42,056 bases of DNA from a virus. This document shows, piece by piece, positions 26,006-35,523 of the stretch (position 1 is its first letter; each line of letters starts with the position of its first letter). A program made the translations under genes and the position numbers. The notes beneath the pieces are model-generated. The model saw nothing but the letters and a program-made list of their open reading frames with translations, had not been told where the DNA came from and did no database searches. Where the stretch lies: the UHGV virus genome UHGV-0374040, one strand, 5' to 3'.

Positions 26006-26377
26006 CTACCTCACCAACTCTCGCATTTCTTTTTTGAATATAATTTTTTGATAATTGAAAGCTGCCCGGACAAACGGTTGCGCATCCATGAAGCGTGTCC
26101 CGTATTCCAGATATGGGCTATATTCAGTCATCGGCATGACTAAAACTGAGAAACCAGCTTCTTGAATTCTCATTGTGATTGATCGGCGCGTTGCTCCAGT
26201 CGGGCTAACAAACTTTCCATTTTCATAATGTCCCTTAAACTGAGCTCTTTTTTGCATACCGTTTGTTAAAGCAGCACCGTTCGTTTTCACAACTCGTTTA
26301 ACGTCTTCTAACGATATTGCCCTGTCAAGATGCTTCATTAATTGATCAATCCCTTGATAATCAAGATGTGCTTTCAT
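26006..26377 (-). CDS. HK97 gp10-family head-tail protein
   Basis: 123 aa by size and position; the family call is from memory. Confidence 0.55.
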   Translation of the reverse strand: MKAHLDYQGIDQLMKHLDRAISLEDVKRVVKTNGAALTNGMQKRAQFKGHYENGKFVSPTGATRRSITMRIQEAGFSVLVMPMTEYSPYLEYGTRFMDAQPFVRAAFNYQKIIFKKEMRELVR

Positions 26378-26687
26378 TTTTGACCACTTCCTGCACTATC
26401 AAACTATTTCGCCTGCTAGGGTTTCTCACAGTAATTTCTTTATAGGTCTTATCACCAATCTCGATATAATCGAATTCCGGCAAAACAAAAAGAGGCATCG
26501 TCCGAATGACTTTTGCCCCTTGCCGGATATCTCCGAATATCTTTATGCTGCGTTCCGTACCTAAATCAGTCACGTTCACTAACGTATCTGTTCTGTTTGG
26601 TTCATTTTCAATCCACTCGCCAAGATCAGGATCATAGTGAGACTCAGATGATTCCTTGACGAAAGTAATTTCATCAGTGTATCTCAT
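26361..26687 (-). CDS. Head closure / head-tail joining protein
   Basis: 108 aa, called from its position in the synteny. Confidence 0.55.
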   Translation of the reverse strand: MRYTDEITFVKESSESHYDPDLGEWIENEPNRTDTLVNVTDLGTERSIKIFGDIRQGAKVIRTMPLFVLPEFDYIEIGDKTYKEITVRNPSRRNSLIVQEVVKNESTS

Positions 26688-27016
26688 AAAAACCTCACCT
26701 TGCCTTTTCGTGGGCCAAGCAGACCTTTCTCCTGATCTTTGAACTCATCAATCTCTCGACGATACTCTGAAAAATCAGAATCAGGAAAGACCATCGAAAG
26801 TCCTTCCTGCGAATAAGATTGCATACCTTCCTGTCCGATCCGATTGAACCTTTTGAGAGTCACTTCGTACGATATATACTCAAACTCTGCAGGAATTTCG
26901 GACACGCTCAGCAACGACGCTAGACGCTCTTTTGTCCGCCGTTCGATGATCTCAAGCTTTTCATCGATTGTGCCAGAGAGTAGCTTTTTAACATCTTCTG
27001 CGATTGCTTCAGCCAT
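26684..27016 (-). CDS. Head-tail connector (gp6-like adaptor)
   Basis: 110 aa, first gene after the capsid gene. Confidence 0.6.
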   Translation of the reverse strand: MAEAIAEDVKKLLSGTIDEKLEIIERRTKERLASLLSVSEIPAEFEYISYEVTLKRFNRIGQEGMQSYSQEGLSMVFPDSDFSEYRREIDEFKDQEKGLLGPRKGKVRFL

Positions 27017-27027
27017 AAGATCCCCGC

Positions 27028-27321
27028 CTATCCAGCTGCTTGACCAGTAACAGCAATAGATGTTGTCAACGACCCTGATGTAAAGTTGATTGTTGCTGAA
27101 CCTTCGCCAGCGATCGTTCCTTCAAATGTTCCATCGCTAATCTTAGCAATAGTTACGATTGACTCATCACTAGATGCTGCTGTGGTAGCTGTAATTACTG
27201 TTGCAGAATCAGAAGCATCAGCTGGATCTGTAGTGATCGTAAACGTCTTAGTATCGCCTACCTTACCGGTCCAAGTTTTTTGGCTTGGAACAATTCCGGT
27301 AGTAGGCGTTACGCTTTTGGG
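27028..27321 (-). CDS. Ig-like (Big_2-type) C-terminal extension of the major capsid protein, reached by a -1 programmed frameshift
   Basis: Slippery heptamer C_CCA_AAA_G on the mRNA (plus strand 27315-27321), two codons before the capsid stop. The -1 frame is open for 94 codons (…TWTGKVGDTKTFTITTDPADASDSATVITATT…TIAGEGSATINFTSGSLTTSIAVTGQAAG) to a TAG at 27030-27028. The ORF has no start codon of its own. Confidence 0.5.
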   Translation of the reverse strand, partial: PKSVTPTTGIVPSQKTWTGKVGDTKTFTITTDPADASDSATVITATTAASSDESIVTIAKISDGTFEGTIAGEGSATINFTSGSLTTSIAVTGQAAG

Positions 27322-28193
27322 CTGATTTTCGCGAAAGCTTCGTCTTTAACGATCATGAAACCTACATCCATCGTACAACGCAAAGCCAATAATTCTTGTT
27401 CGAACAAATTGACTGGTGTTCCATCTTCATTCGTTAATGTTGACAGTTGTGCTTCTTCCGAAATTTTAAACGAGATATTAAACGGAATACCGTAGAACAT
27501 ATAATCGAAGTCCCCACCGTATAGATTTCCTTTTTCTAATGCTTTTAAGTCAACGACTGGTAAACCATCGATTGTGTTTGCTCCACGATCATAGATAAAT
27601 TCCGTAGTGTTTCCGACAACTTGAGACGCGCCACGTAATTCTGTGCGGTTCTTGCGGTTAGAAATAAATGCGTTTGCTTCAAATTCGTTTTCGCCTAACA
27701 AATCTTCTAACGCTAAGATATTGTCATAAGTCAACGCACCCTCAACAACATTGTTTGCTAATACAACAGACTCTTCTAAAGATTGTGGGAATGGATTGTC
27801 AGTGTTTAACAATGCCGCTGCATCAAACTTTTTGTAAAAAGCTTCCGCAATTTTAGGTTGCATAACTGTAAAAAAATCAGACATTTTGTATGTTAGATAC
27901 TCACGAGAAACTGGGATGATAACGCCTAATTTCTTAGCAACCATTGTCGCTTGCAACCATTTAGGTTTAGAAGTTTTAATCTTTTCGCCTTCACCTACCC
28001 AGTAAGCGCCAGGACCTTCTGCGAAATACTCAAATTTCTTTTCCTTGTCTTCCATCGGCTCATATTTTGCTAATTGCATTACTTTAGAGTTTTCCATCAC
28101 ATCATTGATGATTAATTTGTTGTATTTATCAGGGATAACACCCTCTTTTGTTTCTAAAACTGTTACGTTATCTGGATTCCATGTTTGTACCAT
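27309..28193 (-). CDS. Major capsid protein
   Basis: 294 aa, downstream of the scaffold gene. Confidence 0.8.
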   Translation of the reverse strand: MVQTWNPDNVTVLETKEGVIPDKYNKLIINDVMENSKVMQLAKYEPMEDKEKKFEYFAEGPGAYWVGEGEKIKTSKPKWLQATMVAKKLGVIIPVSREYLTYKMSDFFTVMQPKIAEAFYKKFDAAALLNTDNPFPQSLEESVVLANNVVEGALTYDNILALEDLLGENEFEANAFISNRKNRTELRGASQVVGNTTEFIYDRGANTIDGLPVVDLKALEKGNLYGGDFDYMFYGIPFNISFKISEEAQLSTLTNEDGTPVNLFEQELLALRCTMDVGFMIVKDEAFAKISPKA

Positions 28194-28205
28194 ATTTGTT
28201 TCCTC

Positions 28206-28793
28206 CTAATTTTTAATAATTCGATTTTTTTGTGCCATTGAACTTAAATCTAGTTGCACATTTTTATCCGCTTCGAACTTTCCGCCATCCGCTGGTGTAG
28301 TTTGACGAGCATTTTGTTTCTTGATTTTCGAAGCAAAAGCGATAATTGCGTTTGTAGCTTTCTTCGTTGCTTCTGCATCGTCGCTAACCACTAAGGAAAG
28401 TAAATCATCATCAAAGGGCAACTCGTTCTCAGAGAGCATTTTAGATGCCTCTTTTGACATCTCATTTAAAGTCTGTTGACGTTTCAACTCATTGATCTCA
28501 GATTCTTTTTGCTCAAGTTGATGTTTCAGCTTTTCTTCAGCGTTCATTTTCGCCAATTTCTTCGCTTCTTCTTGCTTTGCTTCAAAATCTTTTTCCCATG
28601 CCGCTTTAGCTTTGCTTGTTTCGGCAGCCACAATTTTTGCTAATTCGTCACGAGAAAATGTTTTGCCAGTTTCTTCTCCCTTCGGCTTATCCTCTGGTGG
28701 TGTAGTTTGTTTCGCCGGCGGTGTATCATTGCCACCATCTGGATTTTCAGAAAAGAATTGAAGTTGCATAGGCATTAATAAACGTTTTTTCAT
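28206..28793 (-). CDS. Capsid scaffolding protein
   Basis: 195 aa, E/K-rich alpha-helical, directly upstream of the capsid gene. Confidence 0.7.
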   Translation of the reverse strand: MKKRLLMPMQLQFFSENPDGGNDTPPAKQTTPPEDKPKGEETGKTFSRDELAKIVAAETSKAKAAWEKDFEAKQEEAKKLAKMNAEEKLKHQLEQKESEINELKRQQTLNEMSKEASKMLSENELPFDDDLLSLVVSDDAEATKKATNAIIAFASKIKKQNARQTTPADGGKFEADKNVQLDLSSMAQKNRIIKN

Positions 28794-29007
28794 GATTATT
28801 CCTCCACGGTTACGCCGCTACCCGATAATTTGGATCAGTTACGCCGATCAATCGGAACAGCTTTCTCTTTTAGCGTCTGTAAGCAGTAAGAAGACAAAAT
28901 AAAAAGCCTCAGCGTTTGCTAAGACTTAATTACTCAATTTTTAGCCTTCACGCGGCTAACGAGATTTTGGATCACCAACCTGACCGGCACTATCTGCCTT
29001 TTCGGTT

Positions 29008-29292
29008 TCATTCTTCGATATCATCTTTGAATTGTTTCCAAACCGCTTTTACTTGTTTTTCTAACTCAGTTAGTTCTGGTGGATAAGTAATTTCGATTGA
29101 AATCCCTTTTGAACGATCATCGTATTTTGTCGAATTAATTTGGATTGTCTCGATCTCTTTGGAATCAATGTCATGCAGAAATTCAATTGCGGCTTCAAGT
29201 AGTATTTCATTCACAGTCGATGGTCTACTACTAATAACCTCACCATTAATTTTTCCAGTAACAATTTCTTTACCTTTAATGCTTAATGGCAT
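29008..29292 (-). CDS. Hypothetical protein in the head module
   Basis: Start chosen at MPLSIKG with RBS AAAGGGA 8 nt upstream. Confidence 0.4.
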   Translation of the reverse strand: MPLSIKGKEIVTGKINGEVISSRPSTVNEILLEAAIEFLHDIDSKEIETIQINSTKYDDRSKGISIEITYPPELTELEKQVKAVWKQFKDDIEE

Positions 29293-29308
29293 AACGTTCA
29301 TCCCTTTC

Positions 29309-29632
29309 TTAAATGTTCGTTTTATAAATGACAGTCGCACCCATCCGCTCATACCAACTAGTAGTTTCTAAAAGGTTAGGCAGTGTGTGCGAAATAATCG
29401 AAATGGTTAATTGATCTTTAGTAGTTCCTTCTGCAACATTTACAGATGCATAATTGCCATTCCACACCGGTTTTAACTCATTACTAATCAATTCTTTATT
29501 ACTGTTGTAGATTGGATTCTGTTTCCATTGAGTACTATTTTCAGTTTCAATGGCTTTTTTATAAGCTTTGCCCAGCCCTTTTTGAACTTCGATGGTTAAA
29601 ATGACTTCGTTAAAATCTTTAATATATTTCAC
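29309..29632 (-). CDS. Hypothetical protein in the head module
   Basis: 107 aa, GTG start with RBS AAGGGAG. Confidence 0.4.
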   Translation of the reverse strand: MKYIKDFNEVILTIEVQKGLGKAYKKAIETENSTQWKQNPIYNSNKELISNELKPVWNGNYASVNVAEGTTKDQLTISIISHTLPNLLETTSWYERMGATVIYKTNI

Positions 29633-29825
29633 CTTCTCCCTTGTCGTTAAACCAACATTTCAGATCACCATTTGAATCAAAAAATTCTATTCTTTCTTTA
29701 GTAGTGATAACTTTGCTATTGTCCGAATAATTCATAACTATTTTTCCATTCTTTAGCTGTGTATTTATAAGAATTCTAGTGTAATTTCTTCTCTTTTCAT
29801 CAAGATATCTTGATTGGTAAACCAT
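29619..29825 (-). CDS. Hypothetical small protein
   Basis: Start chosen at MVYQSRY, just after the gp7-like stop. Confidence 0.35.
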   Translation of the reverse strand: MVYQSRYLDEKRRNYTRILINTQLKNGKIVMNYSDNSKVITTKERIEFFDSNGDLKCWFNDKGEGEIY

Positions 29826-29826
29826 C

Positions 29827-30753
29827 TTACACCCCTCTTTCCTTAAATGACTTCTCAACTCCCAAGCGATCAACATATGGCGCGGTTGAACACCTACAAT
29901 TTGCATGCATCGGACTGGCATTTTGACCTGGAGACAAATCTTTGACCTTAAATATCTTTCCGTTCAATGGTAAACAGATAGAACATGCTGTCGGTTCTGC
30001 GATATACTCGTATTCATCGATGCCGTACTTTTTATAACTTTGATTCTGTATCTCAGTCTGAACCCTTGCCGATTCTGTGCGCATCAACCGTTCAGCTTCG
30101 TACTTACTAGAATCAAATAAATTCCGTAGCTTTCTAGCCATGTCTCGCGGGTTTTTACCTTGAGTAATCGTTTGTACTAATAATTTATCAAGATCAGCTT
30201 TGAACGCATTCATATTGCCCCAAATACGTTGAGAAAAGGTTGCAGAATGAAAAGAACCATTCACGACAGCCTCTACAAAATCTTTGTAGCCATCGAAAAT
30301 GGTTTCACCTAAAATGCCAGCTTGCCTTGTTGCTTCGACAAGTCCTTCTTTAGTTAATAAATCAGCGGTGTATTTGTCTAAATCATCGGATAAGGCTATC
30401 AATTCAAGCCCAACTTGCGATTTAAGCAACTCTAAACGATTGACCCTCATTGTGACATTATAGAGCCTCAACTCACCGTTAGCGGTCTTTGAGAAGTCCT
30501 TATCCTTTACATATTGCTTGGCTTTTCTAGCGAAGGCTTTAACGTCCATTTCCATTGAAGCTTTTTTCGCTTCGGATAATGACACACCTTCTTTTCCTGA
30601 AAACCTCGACCAGTTCGCATCAATTTCTTTGTTAATGTTGTCAATAGCAATCTGGAACCGTTCAGCAATATCTTTCTTCATTTGCCGCTCGCCTTTGATC
30701 ATTTGTGCAATGTGTTGCTCCTCACGTTGACGCCAGTAATCTTTTGAGTTCAT
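29827..30753 (-). CDS. Head morphogenesis protein (SPP1 gp7-like minor capsid protein)
   Basis: 308 aa, immediately after the portal gene. The C-terminal Cys cluster (CSICLPLNGK...HANCRCS) is typical of the gp7 family. Confidence 0.75.
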   Translation of the reverse strand: MNSKDYWRQREEQHIAQMIKGERQMKKDIAERFQIAIDNINKEIDANWSRFSGKEGVSLSEAKKASMEMDVKAFARKAKQYVKDKDFSKTANGELRLYNVTMRVNRLELLKSQVGLELIALSDDLDKYTADLLTKEGLVEATRQAGILGETIFDGYKDFVEAVVNGSFHSATFSQRIWGNMNAFKADLDKLLVQTITQGKNPRDMARKLRNLFDSSKYEAERLMRTESARVQTEIQNQSYKKYGIDEYEYIAEPTACSICLPLNGKIFKVKDLSPGQNASPMHANCRCSTAPYVDRLGVEKSFKERGV

Positions 30754-32258
30754 TACTCAACACCAGCTTTATCTTTCGTTTCCTGCAAATAATTAGTTCC
30801 GGTGAAGTCGTAGTCTGGAACCGTTCTTTTCGGCTCTTCTTTTTTAACTTTGTTAATCTCGTCCTGCACACTTTCAACGAAAGAAGCCAGACCAAGTAAC
30901 GTTTCTTGACTGAACTGCACACCAGAATCAACTAGTGCTTTCAACTCTTCGAGGATCGCCTTTGGTAAGTTCGGTGTAAAGCTGATTTTCAAACCTTTCA
31001 GATCAGCATTTGTTAATTCACTGACTTCTTGCATTAAGTTGAACAACAACCGATAGCGACGTGTCAAAGATTTTTTAAAAAGCCGCTGTTTGGTCGCGGT
31101 CATTTGCTGAAAGCCGAAAAGCTTATACTTCATCGCTTCGCCTGATTGTACACCAGAAAACTTTTCATCGGTTAAGTTTGGAACCATAGCAGTTTCATAG
31201 ATGTCGCTTTTGACACGATCCTTGTGCGATTCCACGCCTTGAACATCGTATTGCTTGTAGATGTATCCTGCAGTCACCGCAGTTTTATTTCCGTTAATAT
31301 CGACACCTGATTCAAGCAGCAACATGTTTGCATCTTTCATTTTTGCAGCGTCATCGGCTGATAGACCTGCAGCTTCGATATCTCCGCTAATTACTAACAA
31401 AGCATCATTTAAGTCCGTCATGTAATTAGCAGTATCAGACTGAGCCGAATCGTATAAATCAATTTGAGAAAGAACATCTTCATATATTCCCATCCTAAAA
31501 CGATTGCTTGAGTATTCAACGACAGGAACTTCCTTATGACTATGCGACTCGCGATGATCCTCAACAAGCTTGATTGCATCTAGTTTCGTTTCTCGATAAT
31601 AGATCGTTTCATCCGCTGTATAAACAATGGGCATGATTCGCATCTTATCAGCATTTTTATTAAACTGTGCCTTTGGATATCTAATTGCTAAGATAGGCCT
31701 GCGTTTCATTGTCAGATCGTAAACAACAAATGTTTCAAAAACATTAGATAAATCTACGTAATCTACATCATCTTCATCGCGATAGTGGATTTCGTAGGCT
31801 CGACCGTATTTATCAACGTCTAACCATAGTTCGCTGTTTAAGCCATCAATATCGTTATTAGTATTGAACTCATCAATCGCCTGCTGACTCGTTTCGTCTT
31901 CAATCTCAACCTTGATTGGATTTCCTGTATTATAACCAACATCGAATGTATAAATAATCTTGCCAAAGTTATGCGCAGCACGATGATCGGCTTTCTCTTT
32001 TTCTTTCCGTCGTTGATTACGTAGAATATTCGTGTTACGAGCCTTGCTATATTCGTCTAGCACTTCAAGTCGTGGTACTTGATTTTGATAATGATCCATA
32101 ATCATTGCAGCCAATGTGTCTAAATCATCCAGCAAATCTTCCGCAGACGAAAAGCGATAATGTAGGTTCGATTCAATCGGGAAAGTAACGTAATTGATAT
32201 TCACGCCGTCTTTCGTATTTGAATCAATACCGTGCTCAAATTCATTTACCTTATCCAT
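30753..32258 (-). CDS. Portal protein
   Basis: 501 aa, directly downstream of terL. Confidence 0.8.
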   Translation of the reverse strand: MDKVNEFEHGIDSNTKDGVNINYVTFPIESNLHYRFSSAEDLLDDLDTLAAMIMDHYQNQVPRLEVLDEYSKARNTNILRNQRRKEKEKADHRAAHNFGKIIYTFDVGYNTGNPIKVEIEDETSQQAIDEFNTNNDIDGLNSELWLDVDKYGRAYEIHYRDEDDVDYVDLSNVFETFVVYDLTMKRRPILAIRYPKAQFNKNADKMRIMPIVYTADETIYYRETKLDAIKLVEDHRESHSHKEVPVVEYSSNRFRMGIYEDVLSQIDLYDSAQSDTANYMTDLNDALLVISGDIEAAGLSADDAAKMKDANMLLLESGVDINGNKTAVTAGYIYKQYDVQGVESHKDRVKSDIYETAMVPNLTDEKFSGVQSGEAMKYKLFGFQQMTATKQRLFKKSLTRRYRLLFNLMQEVSELTNADLKGLKISFTPNLPKAILEELKALVDSGVQFSQETLLGLASFVESVQDEINKVKKEEPKRTVPDYDFTGTNYLQETKDKAGVE

Positions 32259-32270
32259 TGTTCACTCTCC

Positions 32271-33566
32271 TTAAAACATCCTCTTGATTATTTGGCGGGT
32301 TTCTTTTGATACATTCGACTTACGTTTCGCCCACATGTCTTCGTTAAACGCATATCGAGTAGCGTCGATCGTATGATTGTCTTTGTCTTCTAGCCGCGGC
32401 TTCGGATTACCGTCGCGATCGGTTTGATAATCGATATTCTCGAATTCTTTTGCAATGTTTGGCGTGCGTTGTGGATCGATGCAGATAAAATCCAAGTCGT
32501 CTAACCACTGCTCGCCGTATTCAACACTGTCAGGACCTTTTTTCACGCCTCGAACACGCTTGATCCCATGCTCATTTTTCAGTTCTGCATTACTTTTCGG
32601 CTCGGCGGAGTCTGAGAATATCTCATCGTTTTGATAGCCTCTTACATGTAACAATTTTGCGATTTCACGGTTACTAATCTTCACGCCGTACATTTCATCT
32701 ATAGCGTAAATCCCATTTTTCTTTTTGTCATAATGCCAACGAACGAATGCTAGCGGATCAGTAGCATATCCGAAATCGAGACCATTTCTAATGTTGTCAA
32801 AGTTCGCAACCATCTCATCCGTAATACTGCCCGGTTCTACTTGAAGATTATCGAACGGAACAACACCTGAACCGATGGCTTTGCCTAAATACTCCCAATC
32901 ATAACGCCTTGAATTACGTTTTTTTGTTGCTTCTGCCTCTTCTATAAAGGCTTTAGCTATAAAGGGATTGTCTTTATATGTTGTATGGTGAACATATGTA
33001 TTTTTGGGCTGAAAACTAGTCTCGTATTTTTTATTTACCCAACTTTGTTTTCTCTTCGGAGGGTTGTAGCTGTAAAAGAACTTATAAAAAAGACCATCTG
33101 CAAGCTCTCCACGTAAAAGGGAGTTTGTAATGGTCGTTACATCTTCTTCTGTTTTAAACTCTGCTAATTCTTCTATCCAAGCTATTGCGAATGGAAATCT
33201 GCTATCTTTCAAAGATTTTATCCGTTCTGGATTCTGTGCACCCCGAAAGGTAATATAGTTCCCTCTGGGCAGATAGGTAATTCTCATTGGACTTTTATTG
33301 ATCTTGAAATAGCTCGTTACCCCTTGTTCTTCGATTGCCCACTTCAACTGTTCAAAAACTGATAATTCAATCGTGTTATCGATGAATCTAATAGCAACCG
33401 CGTTGACTGGATACCTCATGATTAATTGTATGATTACATGCGCAATATCAGAAGATTTACCTGAACCACGACCGCCTTTTTCAACAATATGAAGAATTTC
33501 TGGATCAATTGCTGCTCTCCACGTACTATGAAAAGCTTTTGGCAAATACTCAGATAGTTTAACCAT
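32271..33566 (-). CDS. terL: Terminase large subunit (PBSX family)
   Basis: Walker A GGRGSGKSS near the N-terminus. Start chosen at MVKLSEY with RBS GGTGAG; this overlaps the terS stop by 8 nt. Confidence 0.9.
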   Translation of the reverse strand: MVKLSEYLPKAFHSTWRAAIDPEILHIVEKGGRGSGKSSDIAHVIIQLIMRYPVNAVAIRFIDNTIELSVFEQLKWAIEEQGVTSYFKINKSPMRITYLPRGNYITFRGAQNPERIKSLKDSRFPFAIAWIEELAEFKTEEDVTTITNSLLRGELADGLFYKFFYSYNPPKRKQSWVNKKYETSFQPKNTYVHHTTYKDNPFIAKAFIEEAEATKKRNSRRYDWEYLGKAIGSGVVPFDNLQVEPGSITDEMVANFDNIRNGLDFGYATDPLAFVRWHYDKKKNGIYAIDEMYGVKISNREIAKLLHVRGYQNDEIFSDSAEPKSNAELKNEHGIKRVRGVKKGPDSVEYGEQWLDDLDFICIDPQRTPNIAKEFENIDYQTDRDGNPKPRLEDKDNHTIDATRYAFNEDMWAKRKSNVSKETRQIIKRMF

Positions 33567-33915
33567 CTGGCTCACCACTGATGTCATCCTTAAATACAGG
33601 AGGCTCAATTGAAGTAATCTCCTTCTTATCAACAGGAGCGAATCCTCCACGATCAAGAATATCTTTAGCTGCGTTAAAACGAACCATTTCTGATCTGGCT
33701 GCTAAAAGCTTCAACATTGTATTCAACGCTTTACCTGATGACTTACCCATAATAGTTTTTACATATTCATCATAAGCATGAGTGAAATCTTCGTCTTTTA
33801 ACCAATTGTAAAGTGTCTGTTCGCTTATCTTTAGTTCTTCAGCGATTTCAATCCGCTTTAAAGAGCCTTCGAACAGCAATTCTATAGCCTTATTATGCCT
33901 ATTAGTAAGTTTCAT
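33559..33915 (-). CDS. terS: Terminase small subunit
   Basis: 118 aa with an N-terminal HTH (IEIAEELKISEQTLYNWLKD), immediately upstream of terL. Confidence 0.7.
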   Translation of the reverse strand: MKLTNRHNKAIELLFEGSLKRIEIAEELKISEQTLYNWLKDEDFTHAYDEYVKTIMGKSSGKALNTMLKLLAARSEMVRFNAAKDILDRGGFAPVDKKEITSIEPPVFKDDISGEPDG

Positions 33916-33940
33916 AAAATCACCTCCAAACTAAAACAAA

Positions 33941-34213
33941 CTAAATGTATTTCGTTATATTCTCTTGCACATGCTCATCTTTCCAATGGCCATGCCCACA
34001 ATAGACTAACTTGCAATGATCAATCTCTACTGGTGTCGCTTCGTCCGTCAGCTCAACAATGGTATAACGCTTTGCTATCTGTACTGACATTGCACGCTGA
34101 GGATAGTTGCCAGCTAATGATACGTACCAGTAGTTTCTCAATTGGATCAGTCCTTTCAAATAAATAAAAAGACCACTCGATGAGTGATCTAATAAAAATC
34201 GGACCAACGCCAC
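33941..34213 (-). CDS. Hypothetical small protein between tRNA-Lys and terS (possibly HNH-like)
   Basis: 90-aa ORF with a GTG start and a His/Cys-containing C-terminus (IDHCKLVYCGHGHW). Weak call. Confidence 0.25.
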   Translation of the reverse strand: MALVRFLLDHSSSGLFIYLKGLIQLRNYWYVSLAGNYPQRAMSVQIAKRYTIVELTDEATPVEIDHCKLVYCGHGHWKDEHVQENITKYI

Positions 34214-34255
34214 TAAAGCTCGCTAGTCCTACAAACAATGATTTGTTTTTTCCTA

Positions 34256-34328
34256 TTGACGTGACCGGGCTCGAACCGGCGACCTCCTGATTAAAAGTCA
34301 GTCGCTCTACCAACTAAGCTACACGTCA
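34256..34328 (-). tRNA. tRNA-Lys (anticodon UUU)
   Basis: Hand-folded cloverleaf: acceptor TGACGTG/CACGTCA, U8, D-arm GCTT-AGTTGGTA-GAGC, anticodon loop CTTTTAA, T-arm GCCGG-TTCGAGC-CCGGT, discriminator A. There is one A:G mismatch at 27:43. CCA is not encoded. Confidence 0.8.
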
Positions 34329-34888
34329 ACTCGGAGGAGCTACCTCCTAGCATGCTGTTTGAGATTGACTTCTTCTGACGGTATCTGCTGAAGAAGCTCA
34401 GCACCTAATGGCTCGGAATACCGTTTCAATCTCTAAGTCACTGGCAAGGATTTGCACCTTGCATATCTAACATTTTCAAAATTAACTCGCCTCTCGTAAA
34501 CAAGATACTTTTTAGGGCAATGGAGTAGTTAGATTTATAAGTCATAAGCGTCTACCTTTTCCGCCACAGTGACATAAAGACGGCACGTGAACTTTAAAGG
34601 AAACGAAGTCTTTCAACTCCATTCTTTTTTTATTTTGTGCCGTCATGAGCTTCTAACTGCACCTAAAAGCTCGTTATATACATTGTGCAGATGTTGCCTT
34701 CTCTGTTTCCGCAGAGTGGCAGTGTAGTCAAAAAGCGAATAACCCACCAAGCTAGACGTATATATGTTAAGAGGTATAAGGAGAACTTCATGCCAATAAA
34801 GTTAGTTTGAGTCGTCTGCTTGATGGATTATCTACTCTATCATTTTAGACCCTATTGACATGGCACAACTACACGTTTTTGTGCCAAA
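34329..34888 (-). promoter_or_regulatory. 560-bp structured noncoding region upstream of the packaging operon (candidate cos/pac and late-promoter region)
   Basis: Hairpins GGAGG-AGCTA-CCTCC (34332-34350) and CTTCTTC-14nt-GAAGAAG (34367-34394). An 8-bp inverted repeat GACGGCAC/GTGCCGTC spans ~65 nt (34579-34648). Confidence 0.3.
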
Positions 34889-35302
34889 TTAATTTATTTC
34901 TCCGATTCTTCTGCCAAAATCCATGAGTACCTTCTGACGAACTCTATAAATTGTACGTTTAGCGTACCCATGTTTCTCACCAAACGATGCCCAATCCATC
35001 CAACTATCCGCACCCCAATACTTCAGTTCCATAAGATTACGAACATCTTCATCTTGCTCAAACAGCGTCTCTTTGACACATTTCTTCCAAAGCTGCCGAT
35101 TGACAATATACGGATCAGATAACTCTTTAATTACTTGCTGTTCAACAGGATTGCTACGTATATTCCCTTTGCCGCCACCAATGTTCTCATCAGCCTCTTT
35201 CATTTTTAGTTCTTCTTTTCGAATCGCGATTTCTCTATTGTAATTTGGATAATTCGCAAACTTCCTGTCTAATTCGTTTATGAGATAATCATTTCTACTC
35301 AA
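34889..35302 (-). CDS. ArpU-family late transcriptional regulator
   Basis: 137 aa. The ArpU/sigma-like signature (RKFANYPNY...RNLMELKYW...YRVRQKVL) and its position immediately upstream of terS support the call. Confidence 0.8.
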   Translation of the reverse strand: MSRNDYLINELDRKFANYPNYNREIAIRKEELKMKEADENIGGGKGNIRSNPVEQQVIKELSDPYIVNRQLWKKCVKETLFEQDEDVRNLMELKYWGADSWMDWASFGEKHGYAKRTIYRVRQKVLMDFGRRIGEIN

Positions 35303-35316
35303 TCATTTGACCTCCA

Positions 35317-35523
35317 TCAATCTGTATCTTGGGTATCACGTTTATTCAAAATATCATTCAATTTCATAATAAAATCAATGTATATCTCGTTTTGTGTCTC
35401 CAACGTTTTCATTCGTTTACTCAACTCGCTTATTTTTTTGTTGTACGATTTGTATATATAAGCGACTAAACGCCACGTAATGATAAACGAAATGATTCTA
35501 ATTACAGCCTCTGTTGTGTTCAT
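35317..35523 (-). CDS. Hypothetical small membrane/coiled-coil protein
   Basis: 68-aa ORF. Confidence 0.35.
   Translation of the reverse strand: MNTTEAVIRIISFIITWRLVAYIYKSYNKKISELSKRMKTLETQNEIYIDFIMKLNDILNKRDTQDTD

Noticed and set aside
32271-33656. Long terL N-terminal extension (start at 33656) overlapping terS by ~100 nt
   Set aside because: The internal start at 33566 has an RBS (GGTGAG) and places Walker A near the N-terminus. The upstream part is an arginine- and leucine-rich out-of-frame read of terS.
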